Assembly: GCF_009914755.1 (NCBI RefSeq)
Contig: NC_060948.1
Strand: one strand, 5' to 3'
Source of the DNA: the human T2T-CHM13v2.0 reference genome, Homo sapiens
Length of the DNA: 64,000 bases
The notes beneath the pieces are model-generated. The model did not search any database. It worked only from the letters and a program-made list of their open reading frames with translations, and was not told the origin of the DNA. Both the position numbers and the translations under genes were made by a program. This document shows, piece after piece, positions 1 to 12,689 of this stretch. Positions within the stretch are counted from its first letter, which is position 1; every line of letters begins with the position of its first letter.

Positions 1-252
1 GAGTGGACTGGAGTGGAGTAGATAGCAGTGCATTGGACTGTACGGGATAGAAGTGGCTTGGAGTGCCATGGAGTGGAGTGGAATGGAATGGAATGGAGTG
101 GAATGGACTGGAACGGAATGGAATGGAATGGAATGGAATGGATTTAAATGGCAGGGAATCAAAACGAATTGAATCATATTGAATCAAGTCGAATCGAGTG
201 GAGGAAAGAAATCGAATGAAATCGAATGGAATGAGTTGAATGGAGTCGAAAG

Positions 253-3200
253 TCAACCATGGAATCGAAAGTAATGTGGTAAAGTGGAGTGGAGTGGAGT
301 GTTATGGAGTGGAATGGAATGGGGTGACATGGAATTGAATACAGTGGAGAGGAGTGGAGTGGATTGGGCTAGAGTGGAATGGAAAGGGAAGGAATGGAAC
401 TGAATGGAGTGGAGTGGAATGGAGTGGAATGAAATGGAATGGAATGGAATGGAATGGAACGGAATGGAGTGGAATGGAATCGAATCACATGGAACTGAAT
501 GAAATCGAATTGAATGAAATTGACTGGAGAAAATGGAATCAAATGGAATCAAATCGAATGGATTCGAATGACATTGAATGGAATCGAAAGGAATGCAGTG
601 AGGTGGGGTTGAGTGGAATGGAATGGGATGAATGGAATTGAATGGAGTGGAGTGGAATGGAATGGAATGGAACGGAAAGGAATGAAATTGAACAAACTGG
701 AGTGGAGTGGATTGTAGTGGAGTGCAGGGGAGTGCAGTGGAATGAAGAGGAGTGTAGTTGAATGGAATGGAATGTATGGAACGTACTGGAATGGAATGGA
801 TAAGAATGGAATGGAATGGAATCGCATGGAATTGAATAGAATCAAATCGAATTGAATAGAATCAAATGGAAAAAATGGAGTCAAATGGAATCCAATGGCA
901 TAGAATCGAACGGTTTTGAATGGCAGTGAATGGAAACGAAAGGAATGCGATGAAGTGGAGCGCAGTGGAGTGGAAAGGAGTGCAATGGAATAGGGCGGAA
1001 CTGAATTTAATGGAACAGAGTGGATTGGAGTGGACTGGAGTGGAATGGAATGGGAAGGAATGGGATGGAAAGGAGTGGTGTGCAGTGGAGTGGAGTGGCA
1101 TGGAGTGGAGTGGAGTGGAATGGAGTGGAATGGAATGGAGTGGAATGGAGTGGATTGGAATGGAATGGAGTGCAGAGGAATGGAATGGAATGGTATAGAG
1201 TGGACAGGAATGGAGTGGCGTGGATTGGAATAGAATGGAATGGAATGGAATGGAATGGAACGGAACTGAATGCACTGGAATTGAATGTAATAGAATTGAA
1301 TCGCAGGGAATCAAACTGGTTTGAATCGAATCGAATGGAAAAAATGAAATCAAATGAAATTGAATGGAATCGAAATGAATGTAAACAATGGAATCCAACG
1401 GAGTCACATGGAATCGAATCAAATGCTTTTGAAAGGCTTAAAATGAAATCGCATGGAAGGCAGTGAATTGGAGTGGAGTGGAATAGAGAGGAATGAATTG
1501 GAATGGAGTGCAGTGGAATGTAGTGGATTCCAGTGGATTGGAGTGGATTGGATTGGAATGGAATGGAACAGATTGGATTGGAGTTGTGCAGAGTGGAGTG
1601 GACTGGAGTGGAGAGGAATGGAGTGGAGTGAAGTCGAGTTGAGTGGAATGGAATGGAGTGGAGCAGATTGGAATGCAAAAGAATGAAGTGGATTGGTATG
1701 GAATGGAATGGCGTGGAATGGAGTGGAATAGAATGGAATGGAATCGCATGGAAGGATATCAAATCAAATGGAATCGAACGGAAAATTATGAATCCAATGG
1801 AATCGAAAGGATTTTAAAGGAATGGATTCGAAAGGCATTGAATGGAATGGAAAGGAATACAGTGAAGTGGAGTGGAGTGAAGTGGATTGTTTTAGAGTGA
1901 AATGGGGTGGATTGGAACTCTATGGGGTGGAGTGGAGCAAAGTGGATTGGAGTGGAATGGAGTGCAATGGACTGGAGTGGAGTGGAATGGATTGGAGTGG
2001 AGTGTAGTGGATCGGAGTGTAGTGCCGTGGAGTGGACTAGAGTGGGGTGGAGTGGAGTGCATTGGAGTGGAATGGAGTGGAGTGCGGTGGAATGGAATGG
2101 AATGGCATCAAATCGCATGGTAATGAATGAAATGGAATCAAATGGAATGGAAATAATGGAATCTAAGGCAAACGAATGGAATCGAATTGCACTGATTCTA
2201 CTGACTTGGAAGAAAATGAAATGAAACGCGGTGAAGTGGAGTGGAGTGGAATGTATTAGGATGGAATGGAATTGAATGGTGTGGAGTGGAGTGGAGTGCC
2301 CAGGAGTGGAATGGGAAGAAATGGAATTGAACGGAGTGGAGTGGAGTGGAATGGAGGTGAATGGAGGGTAATGGAGTGGAATGGAGTGGAGTGGAGTAGA
2401 GTGGAATGGGTTGGAGTGGAATGCAGAGGACAGGAGTGGAGTGCAGTGGACTGTAGTGGAGAGAAGTTGAGTGGAGTGGATTGGATTGAAATAGAGTGGA
2501 GCAGAGTGAAATGGAATTGAATCACATGGTATTGAATCAAATCGAATGGAATTAAATCGAATGAAAAAACGGAATCAAAAGCAAACGAATGGAGTCAAAC
2601 CACATTGGTTAGACTGACATCGAATAATATCAAAAGAAATGTGGTGAAGTGGAGTGGAGTGTAATGAAATGGGGTGGAATGAAATTGAATGGAGTGGAGT
2701 GGAGTGGAGTCTACTGGAGTGGAATGGAATGGAATGGAAAGGAATGGAATAGAATGGAGTGAAGTGCAGTGCAGTGAAATGGAGTGGAAAGGAATGGAAT
2801 GGAAAGAATTGAATCAAATGGAATCGAAGTGAATCTAATCTAATGAAATTGAACGCAAAAAATGGAATGAGTAGAATCGAAAATGATGGATTCAAATGGC
2901 AACAAATAAAATTGAATGGAATGCGGTGAGGTGGAGGGGATTGGAATGGAGTTGAATGGAATGTGGTGTAATTGAATTGAATGGAGTGGAGTGGAGTGAA
3001 CTGGAGTGGAATGGAATGGAATGGGCAGGCATGGAATTGAAAGGCGTGGAGTGGAGTGGAATTGAGAGGAGTGGAATGGAGTAGGGTGGATTGTGATGGA
3101 GAATATTGGAAAAGAGTGGAGTGGAATGGAATGGAATGGAGTGGAGTGGAATGGAATGGAATTGAGTGAAGTGGAGTGTATTGGAATGGAGAGTAATGGA

Positions 3201-3460
3201 GTGGAGTGGACTGGAGTGGAGTAGATTGCAGTGCATTGGACTGTAGGGGATAGAAGTGGCTTGGAGTCCAAAGGAGTGGAGTGGAATGGAATGGAATGGA
3301 ATGGAATGGAATGGAATGGAATGGACAGGAACGGAATGGAATGGAATGGATTTAAATGGCAGGGAATCAAATCGAATTGAATCATATTGAATCAAGTCGA
3401 ATCGAGTGGAGGAAAGAAATCGAATGAAATCCAATGGAATGAATTGAATGGAGTCGAATG
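253..3460 (+). repeat. Mosaic unit (3208 bp): A-type body with B-type end
   Basis: It matches A units (CCACATTGGTTAGACTG at ~2600, GCCCAGGAG at ~2297). From ~3020 it carries the B-end motif GGGCAGGCATGGAATTGAAAGGCGTGG instead of the A-end motif GGCATGGGCAGGAATGG...GGGTTGAAG. Confidence 0.8.
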
Positions 3461-6348
3461 TCAACCATGGAATCGAAAGTAATGTGGTAAAGTGGAGTGG
3501 AGAGGAGTGTTATGGAGTGGAATGGAATGGGGTGACATGGAATTGAATACAGTGCAGAGGAGTGGAGTGGATTGGTCTAGAGTGGAATGGAAAGGGAAGG
3601 AATGGAACTGAATGCCGTGGAGTGGAATGGAGTGGAATGGAATGGAATGGAATGGAATGGAATGGAATGGAACGGAATGGAGTGGAATGGAATGTAATGG
3701 AACGGAATGGAGTGGAATGGAATCGAATCACATGGAATTGAATGAAACCGAATTGAATGATATTGAATGGAGAAAATGGAATCAAATGGAATCAAATCGA
3801 ATGGATTCGAATGACATTGAATGGAATCGAAAGGAATACAGTGAGGTGGGGTTGAGTGGAATGGCGTGGAATGGAATGGGATGAATCGAGTTGAGTGGAG
3901 TGGAGTGGAATGGAATGGAATGGAAAGGAATGGAATTGAACAAAATGGAGTGTAGTAGAATGGAGTGGATTGGAGTGGAGTGCAGGGGAGTGCAGTGGAA
4001 TGAAGAGGAGTGTAGTTGAATGGAATGGAATGTATGGAACGTACTGGAATGGAATGGATAAGAATGGAATGGAATGGAATCTCATGGAATTGAATAGAAT
4101 CAAATCGAATTGAATAGAATCAAGGGGAAAAAATGGAGTCAAATGGAATCCAATGGCATAGAATCGGACGGTTTTGAATGGCAGTGATTGGAAACGAATG
4201 GAATGCGATGAAGTGGAGCGGAGTGGAGTGGAAAGGAGTGCAATGGAATAGGGTGGAACTGAATTTAATGGAACAGAGTGGATTGGAGTGGACTGGAGTG
4301 GAATGGAATGGGAAGCAATGGGATTGAAAGGAGTGGCGTGCAGTGGAGTGGAGTGGCATGGAGTGTAGTGGAGTGGAATGGAGTGGAATGGCATGGAGTG
4401 GAATGGAGTGGATTGGAATGGAGTGTATTACAGTGGAGTGGAGTGGATAGGATTGGAATGGAATGGAATGGATTGCAGTGGAGTGGTGCCGAGTGGAGTG
4501 GACTGGATTGGAGAGGAATGGAGTGGAGTGAAGTCGATTTGAGTGGAATGGAATGAAGTGGAGTGGAGTGGAATGCAGTGGAATGCAGTAGAATGAAGTT
4601 TATTGGAATGGAATGGAATGGCGTGGAATGGAGTGGAATGGAATGGAATGGAGTGGAATGGAATGGAATAGCATGGAATGAAATCGAATCCAATCGAATC
4701 CAATGGAAAACTATGAATCAAATGGAATCGAATGGATTCCAAATGAGTGGATTCGAATGGCATTGCATGGAGTGGAAAGGAATGCGGTGAAGTGGAGTGG
4801 AGTGGAATGTATTGGATTGGAATGGGGTGTATTGGAATTCTATGGAGTGGAGTGGAGTGGATTGGAGTGGAATGGAGTGGAATGAACTGGAGTAGAGTGG
4901 AATGGATTGGAGTGGAGTGTAGTGGACTGGAGTGGAGTGCTGTGGAGTCGAGTAGATTGTGGTGGGGTGGAGTGGATTGGAGTCGAATAGAGTGGAGTGG
5001 AGTGTAATGGAATGGAATGGAATCAAATCACATGGTAACAAATCAAATCGAATGGAAAAAATGTAATTGTATGCAAACGAATGGAATCGAATTGCACTGA
5101 TTCTACTGAGTTCGAATAAAATCAAATGAAATGCGGTGAAGTGGAGTGGAGTGGAATGAAATGGGTTGGGAAGGAATTCAATGGTGTGGAGTGCAGTGGA
5201 GTGTGCTGGAGTGGAATGGAATGGAATGGAATGGGAAGGAGAGGAATTTTACAGAGTGGAGTGGAATGGAGCGGAATGGAGTGTAATGGAGTGGAGTGGA
5301 GTGGAGTGGAATGGGTTGGAGTGGAGTGCAGTGGACAGGAGTGGAGTGCAGTGGACTGGGGTGTAGTGGAGTGGAAAAGAGTGGAGCGGAGTGGAATGGA
5401 ATGGAATGGAATGGAATGGAATCGCATGGTATTGAATCAAATCCAACTGAATTAAATCGAAAGGAAAAAATGGAATCGAATGCAAACAAATGGAATCGAA
5501 TCACATCGTTTCGACTGACATTGAATAAAATCAAAAGAAATGCGTTGAAGTGGAGTGGAGTGGAATGAAATGGGCTGGAATGGAATTGAATGGAGTTGAT
5601 TGCAGTGGAGTCGACTGGAGTGGAACGGAATGGAATGGGAAGGAATGGAATTAAATGGAGTGGAGTGCAGTACAGTGAAATGGAGTGGAATGGTATGGAA
5701 TGGGATGGAATGGAATTGCATAGAATAGAATCGAATTGAATCTAATGTAACTGAACGGAAAAAATGGAAATGAATAGAATCAAAAACAACGGATTCGACT
5801 GGCATCTAATAGAATGAAATGGAATGCGGTGAGGTGGAGTGGATTGTAATGGAGTTGAATGGAATGGGGTGTAATTGAATTGAGTGGAGTGGAGTGGAGT
5901 GAACTGGAGTGGAATGGAATGGAATGGGCAGGCATGGAATTGAAAGGCGTGGAGTGGTGTGGAATTGAGAGGAGTGGAATGGAGTAGGGTGGATTGTAGT
6001 GGAGAATATTGGAAAAGAGTGGAGTGGAATGGAATGGAATGGAGTGGACCGGAATGGAATGGAATTGAGTGAAGTGGAGTGTAGTGGAATGGAGAGTAAT
6101 GGAGTGGAGTGGACTGGAGTGGAGTACATAGCAGTGCATTGGACTGTAGGGGATAGAAGTGGCTTGGAATCCAAAGGAGTGGAGTGGAAGGGAATGGAAT
6201 GGAGTGGAATGGACTGGAACGGAATGGAATGGAATGGATTTAAATGGCGGGGAATCAAATCGAATTGAATCATATTGAATCAAGTCGAATCGAGTGGAGG
6301 AAAGAAATCGAATGAAATCGAATGGAATGAGTTGAATGGAGTCGAATG
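3461..6348 (+). repeat. Short unit (2888 bp): A-like start, B-like remainder, about 300 bp shorter than the other units
   Basis: A-type from 3461 to ~4420, then GATAGGATTGG...ATTGCAGTGGAGTGGTGC (B-type) at 4447. That motif sits at offset ~986 here versus ~1288 in B1. Confidence 0.8.
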
Positions 6349-9300
6349 TCAACCATGGAATCGAAAGTAATGTGGTAAAGTGGAGTGGAGTGGAGTGTTA
6401 TGGAGTGGAATGGAATGGGGTGACATGGAATTGAATACAGTGGAGAGGAGTGGAGTGGTTTGGGCTAGAGTGGAATGGAAAGGGAAGGAATGGAACTGAA
6501 TGGAGTGGAGTGGATATGGAGTGGAATGGAATGGAATGGAATGGAACGGAATGGAGTGGAATGGAATCGAATCACATGGAACTGAATGAAATCGAATTGA
6601 ATGAAATTGACTGGAGAAAATGGAATCAAATGGAATCAAATCGAATGGATTCGAGTGACATTGAATGGAATCGAAAGGAATGCAGTGAGGTGGGGTTGAG
6701 TGGAATGGAATGGGATGAATGGAATTGAATGGAGTGGAGTGGAATGGAATGGAATGGAACGGAAAGGAATGGAATTGAACAAAGTGGAGTGGAGTGTATT
6801 GGAGTGGAGTGCAGGGGAGTACAGTGGAATGAAGAGGAGTGTAGTTGAATGGAATGGAATGTATGGAACGTACGGGAATAGAATGGATAAGAATGGAATG
6901 GAATGGAATCGCATGGAATTGAATAGAATCAAATCGAATTGAATAGAATCAAAAGGAAAAAATGGAGTCAAATGGAATCCAATGGCATAGAATCGAACGG
7001 TTTTGAATGGCAGTGAATGGAAACGAAAGGAATGCGATGAAGTGGAGCGCAGTGGAGTGGAAAGGAGTGCAATGGAATAGGGTGGAACTGAATTTAGTGG
7101 AACAGAGTGGATTGGAGTGGACTGGAGTGGAATGGAATGGGAAGGAATGGGATTGAAAGGAGTGGCGTGCAGTGGAGTGGAGTGGCATGGAGTGGAGTGG
7201 AGTGGCATGGAGTGGAATAGAATGGAGTGGAATGGAGTGGATTGGAATGGAATGGAGTGGAGTGGAATGGAATGGAATAGTATAGAGTGGACAGGAATGG
7301 AGTGGAGTGGATTGGAATGGAATGGAATGGAATGGAATGGAATGGAACTGAATGGACTGGAATTGAATGTAATAGAATTGAATCGCAGGGAATCAAATTG
7401 GTTTGAATCGAATCGAATGGAAAAAATGAAATCAAATGAAATTGAATGGAATCGAAATGAATGTAAACAATGGAATCCAATGGAATCAAATGGAATGGAA
7501 TCAAATGGTTTTGAATGGCTTAAAATGAAATCGCATGGAAGGCAGTGAATTGGAGTGGAGTGGAATAGAGAGGAATGAATTGGAATGGAGTACAGTGGAA
7601 TGTAGTGGATTCCAGTGGAGTGGAGTGGATTGGATTAGAATGGAATGGAACAGATTGGATTGGAGTTGTGCAGAGTGGAGTGGACTGGAGTGGAGAGGAA
7701 TGGAGTGGAGTGAAGTCGAGTTGAGTGGAATGGAATGGAGTGGAGCAGAGTGGAATGAAAAAGAATGAAGTGGATTGGTATGGAATGGAATGGCGTGGAA
7801 TGGAGTGGAATAGAATGGAATGGAATCGCATGGAAGGATATCAAATCAAATGGAATCGAACGGAAAATTATGAATCCAATGGAATCGAAAGGATTCTAAA
7901 GGAATGGATTTGAAAGGCATTGAATGGAATGGAAAGGAATGCAGTGAAATGGAGTGGAGTGGAGTGGATTGTTATAGAGTGAAATATGGTGGATTGGAAC
8001 TCTATGGGGTGAAGTGGAGCGAAGTTGATTAGAGTGGAATGGAGTGCAATGGACTGGAGTGGAGTGGAATGGATTGGAGTAGAGTGGAGTGGATCGGAGT
8101 GTAGTGCCGTGGAGTGGACTAGAGTGGGGTGGATTGGAGTGCATTGGAGTGGAATGGAGTGGAGTGCGGTGGAATGGAATGGAATGGCATCAAATCGCAT
8201 GGTAATGAATCAAATGGAATCAAATGGAATGGAAATAATGGAATCAAAGGCAAACGAATGGAATCGAATTGCACTGATTCTACTGACTTCGAAGAAAATG
8301 AAATGAAACGCGGTGAAGTGGAGTGGATTGGAATGTATTAGGGTGGAATGGAATTGAATGGTGTGGAGTGGAGTGGAGTGCCCAGGAGTGGAATGGGAAG
8401 AAATGGAATTGAACGGAGTGGAGTGGAGTTGAATGGAGGGTAATGGAGTGGAATGGAGTGGAGTGGAGTAGAGTGGAATGGGTTGGAGTGGAATGCAGAG
8501 GACAGGAGTGGAGTGCGGTGGACTGGAGTGGAGTGGAGTTGAGTGGAGTGGATTGGATTGAAACAGAGTGGAGCAGAGTGGAATGGAATTGAATCACATG
8601 GTATTGAATCAAATCGAATGGAATTAAATCGAATGAAAAAATGGAATCAAAAGCAAACGAATGGAGTCAAACCACATTGGTTAGACTGACATCGAATAAT
8701 GTCAAAAGAAATGTGGTGAAGTGGAGTGGAGTGTAATGAAATGGGGTGGAATGAAATTGAATGGAGTGGAGTGGAGTCTACTGGAGTGGAATGGAATGGA
8801 ATGGAAAGGAATGGAATAGAATGGAGTGAAGTGCAGTGCAGTGAAATGGAGTGGAAAGGAATGGAATGGAAAGAATTGAATCAAATGGAATCGAAGTGAA
8901 TCGAATCTAATGAAATTGAAGGCAAAAAATGGAATGAGTAGAATCGAAAAAGATGGATTCAAATGGCAAAAAATAAAATTGAATGGAATGCGGTGAGGTG
9001 GAGTGGATTGGAATGGAGTTGAATGGAATGAGGTGTAATTGAATTGAATGGAGTGGAGTGGAGTGAACTGGAGTGGAATGGAATGGAATGGCATGGGCAG
9101 GAATGGAATTGAAAGGGTTGAAGTGGAATTGAGTGGTGTGGATCGGAGTAGACTTCATTGTAGTGGATTGGAGTGGAAAGAAGTGGAGTGGAATGGAATG
9201 GAATGCAATGGAGAGGAGTGGAATGGAGTGGAATGGAGAATAATGGAGTGGAGTGGACTGGAGCGGAGTGGAGTGTAGTGCATTGGACTGTCGGGGATTG

Positions 9301-12300
9301 AAGTGGCTTGGAGTGCAATGGAGTAGAGTGGAATGGAATGGAATGGAGTGGAATGCACTGGAATGAATTGGAATGAAATGGATTGGAATCGCATGGAATC
9401 GAATAGAATCGAATCATATAGAATTGAGTGAAATCGAATGGAAAAAAGAAATCGAAAGAAATTAAAAGGAATGAATCGAATGGAGTTGAATGTCATCCAG
9501 TGGAATTGAAAGGAATGCGGTAAAGTGGAGTGGAGTGGATTTAAATGGAGTGGAATGGAATGGGGAGACATGGAATTGAATAGAGTGGAGTGGAGTGGAT
9601 TGGACTGGAGTGGAATGGAATGGAATGGGAAGGAATGGAACTGAACGGAGTGGAGTGGAGTGGAGTGGAATGGAGTAGAATGTAATGGAGTGGAATGGAA
9701 TCTAATCCCTTGGAATTGAATCAAATCGAATCGAATGAAATCAGATGGAAAAATGGAATCAAATGGAATCAAGTCAAATAAATTCGAAAGGCATTGAAAG
9801 GAATCGAATTGAATGCGGTGAGGTGGAGTTGAGTTGAATGAAGTGGAATGGAATGATGTGTAATGGAATTGAATGGAGTGGAGAGGAGTGGAATGGAATG
9901 GAATGGAAAGAATGGAAATGAACAAAGTGGAGTGGAGTGGAATGGAGTGGATTGGAGTGCAGTGAAGCGGAGTGAAGTGCAATGAAGAGGAATGGCGTGG
10001 AGAGGAATGGAATGGAATGTTATGGAATGTACTGGAATGGAATGGATAAGAATGGAATGGAATGGAATCACATGGAATACAATAGAATTGAATGGAATTC
10101 AATAGAATCAAATGGGAAAAATGGAGTCGAAATGAATCGAATGGAATTGAATCGAATGGTTTTAAATGGTGGTGAATGGAAACACAAGGAAGGCGATGAA
10201 GTGGAGTGGAGTGGAATGGAAAGGAGTGCCATGGAATGGGGTAAAATTGAATGTAATGCAATGGAGTGGATTGGAGTGGACTGGAGTGGAATGGGAAGGA
10301 ATGGGAAGGAATGGAATTGAAAGGAGTCGAGTAGAGTGGAATGGAGTGGAGTGCAGTGGAATGGAGTGGCAAGAAACGGAGTGGAATAGAGTGGATTGAA
10401 ATGGAGTTGAATGCAGAGGAATGCAATGGAATGGAATAGAGTGGACAGGAATGGAGTGGAGTGGGTTGGAATGGAATGGACTGGAGAGGAATGGAAGATA
10501 ATGGACTGGACTGGACGGGAATGTAATGGAATCGCAGGGAATGGAATCGAATCGAATTGAATACAATCAAATGGAAAAATGGAATCAAACGGAATCGAAT
10601 GGAATTGAATTGAATGTAAAAAATGGAATCAAATGGAATGGAATCGAATGGTTTTGAATGGCATCAAATGAAATCGAATGGAAAGTAGTGAATTGGAGTG
10701 GAGTGGAATGGAGAGGAATGGATTGGAATGGAGTTCAATGGAGTGGAGTGGAATGGAGTGGAATAGAGTGGAGTGGAGTGGATAGGATTGGAATGGAATG
10801 GAATGGATTGCAGTGGAGTGGTGCAGAGTGGAGTGGACTGGAGTGGAGAGGAATGGAGTGGAGTGAAGTCGAGTTGAGTGGAATGGAATGAAGTGGAGTG
10901 GAGTGGAATGCAGTGGAATGCAGTAGAATGAAGTGGATTGGAATGGAATGGAATGGCGTGGAATGGAGTGGAATGGAATGGAATGGAGTGGAATGGAATG
11001 GAATGGAATAGCATGGAATGAAATCGAATCAAATCGAATGCAATGGAAAATTATGAATCAAATGGAATCGAATGGATTCCAAAAGAGTGGATTCTAATGG
11101 AATTGCATGGAGTGGAAAGGAATGCGGTGAAGTGGAGTGGAGTGGAATGTATTGGATTGGAATGGGGTGGATTGGAATTCTATGGAGTGGAGTGGAGTGA
11201 AGTGGATTGGAGTGGAATGGAGTGGAATGAACTGGAGTAGAGTGGAATGGATTGGAGTGGAGTGTAGTGGAATAGAGTGGAGTGCATTGTAGTGGAGTAG
11301 AGTGGGTTGGGGTGGAGTGGATTGGAGTAGAATAGAGTGGAGTGGAGTGTAATGGAATGGAATGGAATCAAATCACATGGTAACGAATCAAATCGAATGG
11401 AAAAAATGGAATTGAATGCTAACGAATGGAATGGAATTGCACTGATTCTACTGAGTTCGAATAAAATCAAATGAAATGCGGTGAAGTGGAATGGAGTGGA
11501 ATGAAATGGGTTGGAAAGGAATTCAATGGTGTGGAGAGGAGTGGAGTGTCCTGGAGTGGAATGGAATGGAATGGAATGGGAAGGAGAGGAATTTTACGGA
11601 GTGGAGTGGAATGGAGCGGACTAGAGTGTAATGGAGTGGAGTGGAGTGGAATGGGTTGGAGTGGAGTGCAGTGGACAGGAGTGGAGTGCCGTGGACTGGA
11701 GTGGAGTGGAGTGGATTGCAGTGGAAAAGAGTGGAGCGGAGTGGAATGGAATGGAATGTAATGGAATCGCATGGTATTGAATCAAATCCAACTGAATTAA
11801 ATCGAATGGAAAAAATGGAATCGAATTCCAACAAATGGAATCGAATCGCGTCGTTTCGACTGACATTGAATAAAATCAAAAGAAATGCGTTGAAGTGGAG
11901 TGGAGTGGAATGAAATGGGGTGGAATGGAATTGAATGGAGTTGATTGGAGTGGAGTCGACTGGAGTGGAACGGAATGCAATGGGAAGGAATGGAATTAAA
12001 TGGAGTGGAGTGCAGTACAGTGAAATGGAGTGGAATGGTATGGAATGGAAAGGAAGGCATTTGCATGGAATTGAATCGAATCGAATCGAATGTAATTGAA
12101 CGGAAAAAAATGGAACTGAATAGAATCGAAAACAATGGATTCGACTGACATCTAATAGAATGAAATGGAATGCGGTGAGGTGGAGTGGATTGTAATGGAG
12201 TTGAATGGAATGGGGTGTAATTGAATTGAATGGAGTGGAGTGGAGTGAACTGGAGTGGAATGGAATGGAATGGGCAGGCATGGAATTGAAAGGCGTGGAG

Positions 12301-12689
12301 TGGAGTGGAATTGAGAGGAGTGGAATGGAGTAGGGTGGATTGTAGTGGAGAGTATTGGAAAAGAGTGGAGTGGAATGGAACGGAATGGAGTGGAGTGGAA
12401 TGGAATGGAATTGAGTAAAGAGGAGTGGAATGGAGAGTAATGGAGTGGAGTGGACTGGAGTGGAGTAGATTGCAGTGCATTTTACTGTAGGGGATAGAAG
12501 TGGTTTGGAGTGCAATGGAGTGGAGTGGAATGGAATGGAATGGAGTGGAATGGACTGGAACGGAATGGAATGGAATGGATTTAAAAGGCAGGGAATCAAA
12601 TCGAATTGAATCATATGGAATCAAGTCGAATCGACTGGAGGAAAGAAATCCAATGAAATCGAATGGAATGAATTGAATGGAGTCGAATG
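6349..12689 (+). repeat. 6.36-kb HOR copy 1 (A1 6349-9492, B1 9493-12689)
   Basis: Positions of the A and B markers; length 6341 bp. Confidence 0.9.

Noticed and set aside
8337-8345. TTAGGG in TATTAGGGTGG (once per A unit)
   Set aside because: A single hexamer arising from pentamer divergence, not an interstitial telomere tract.
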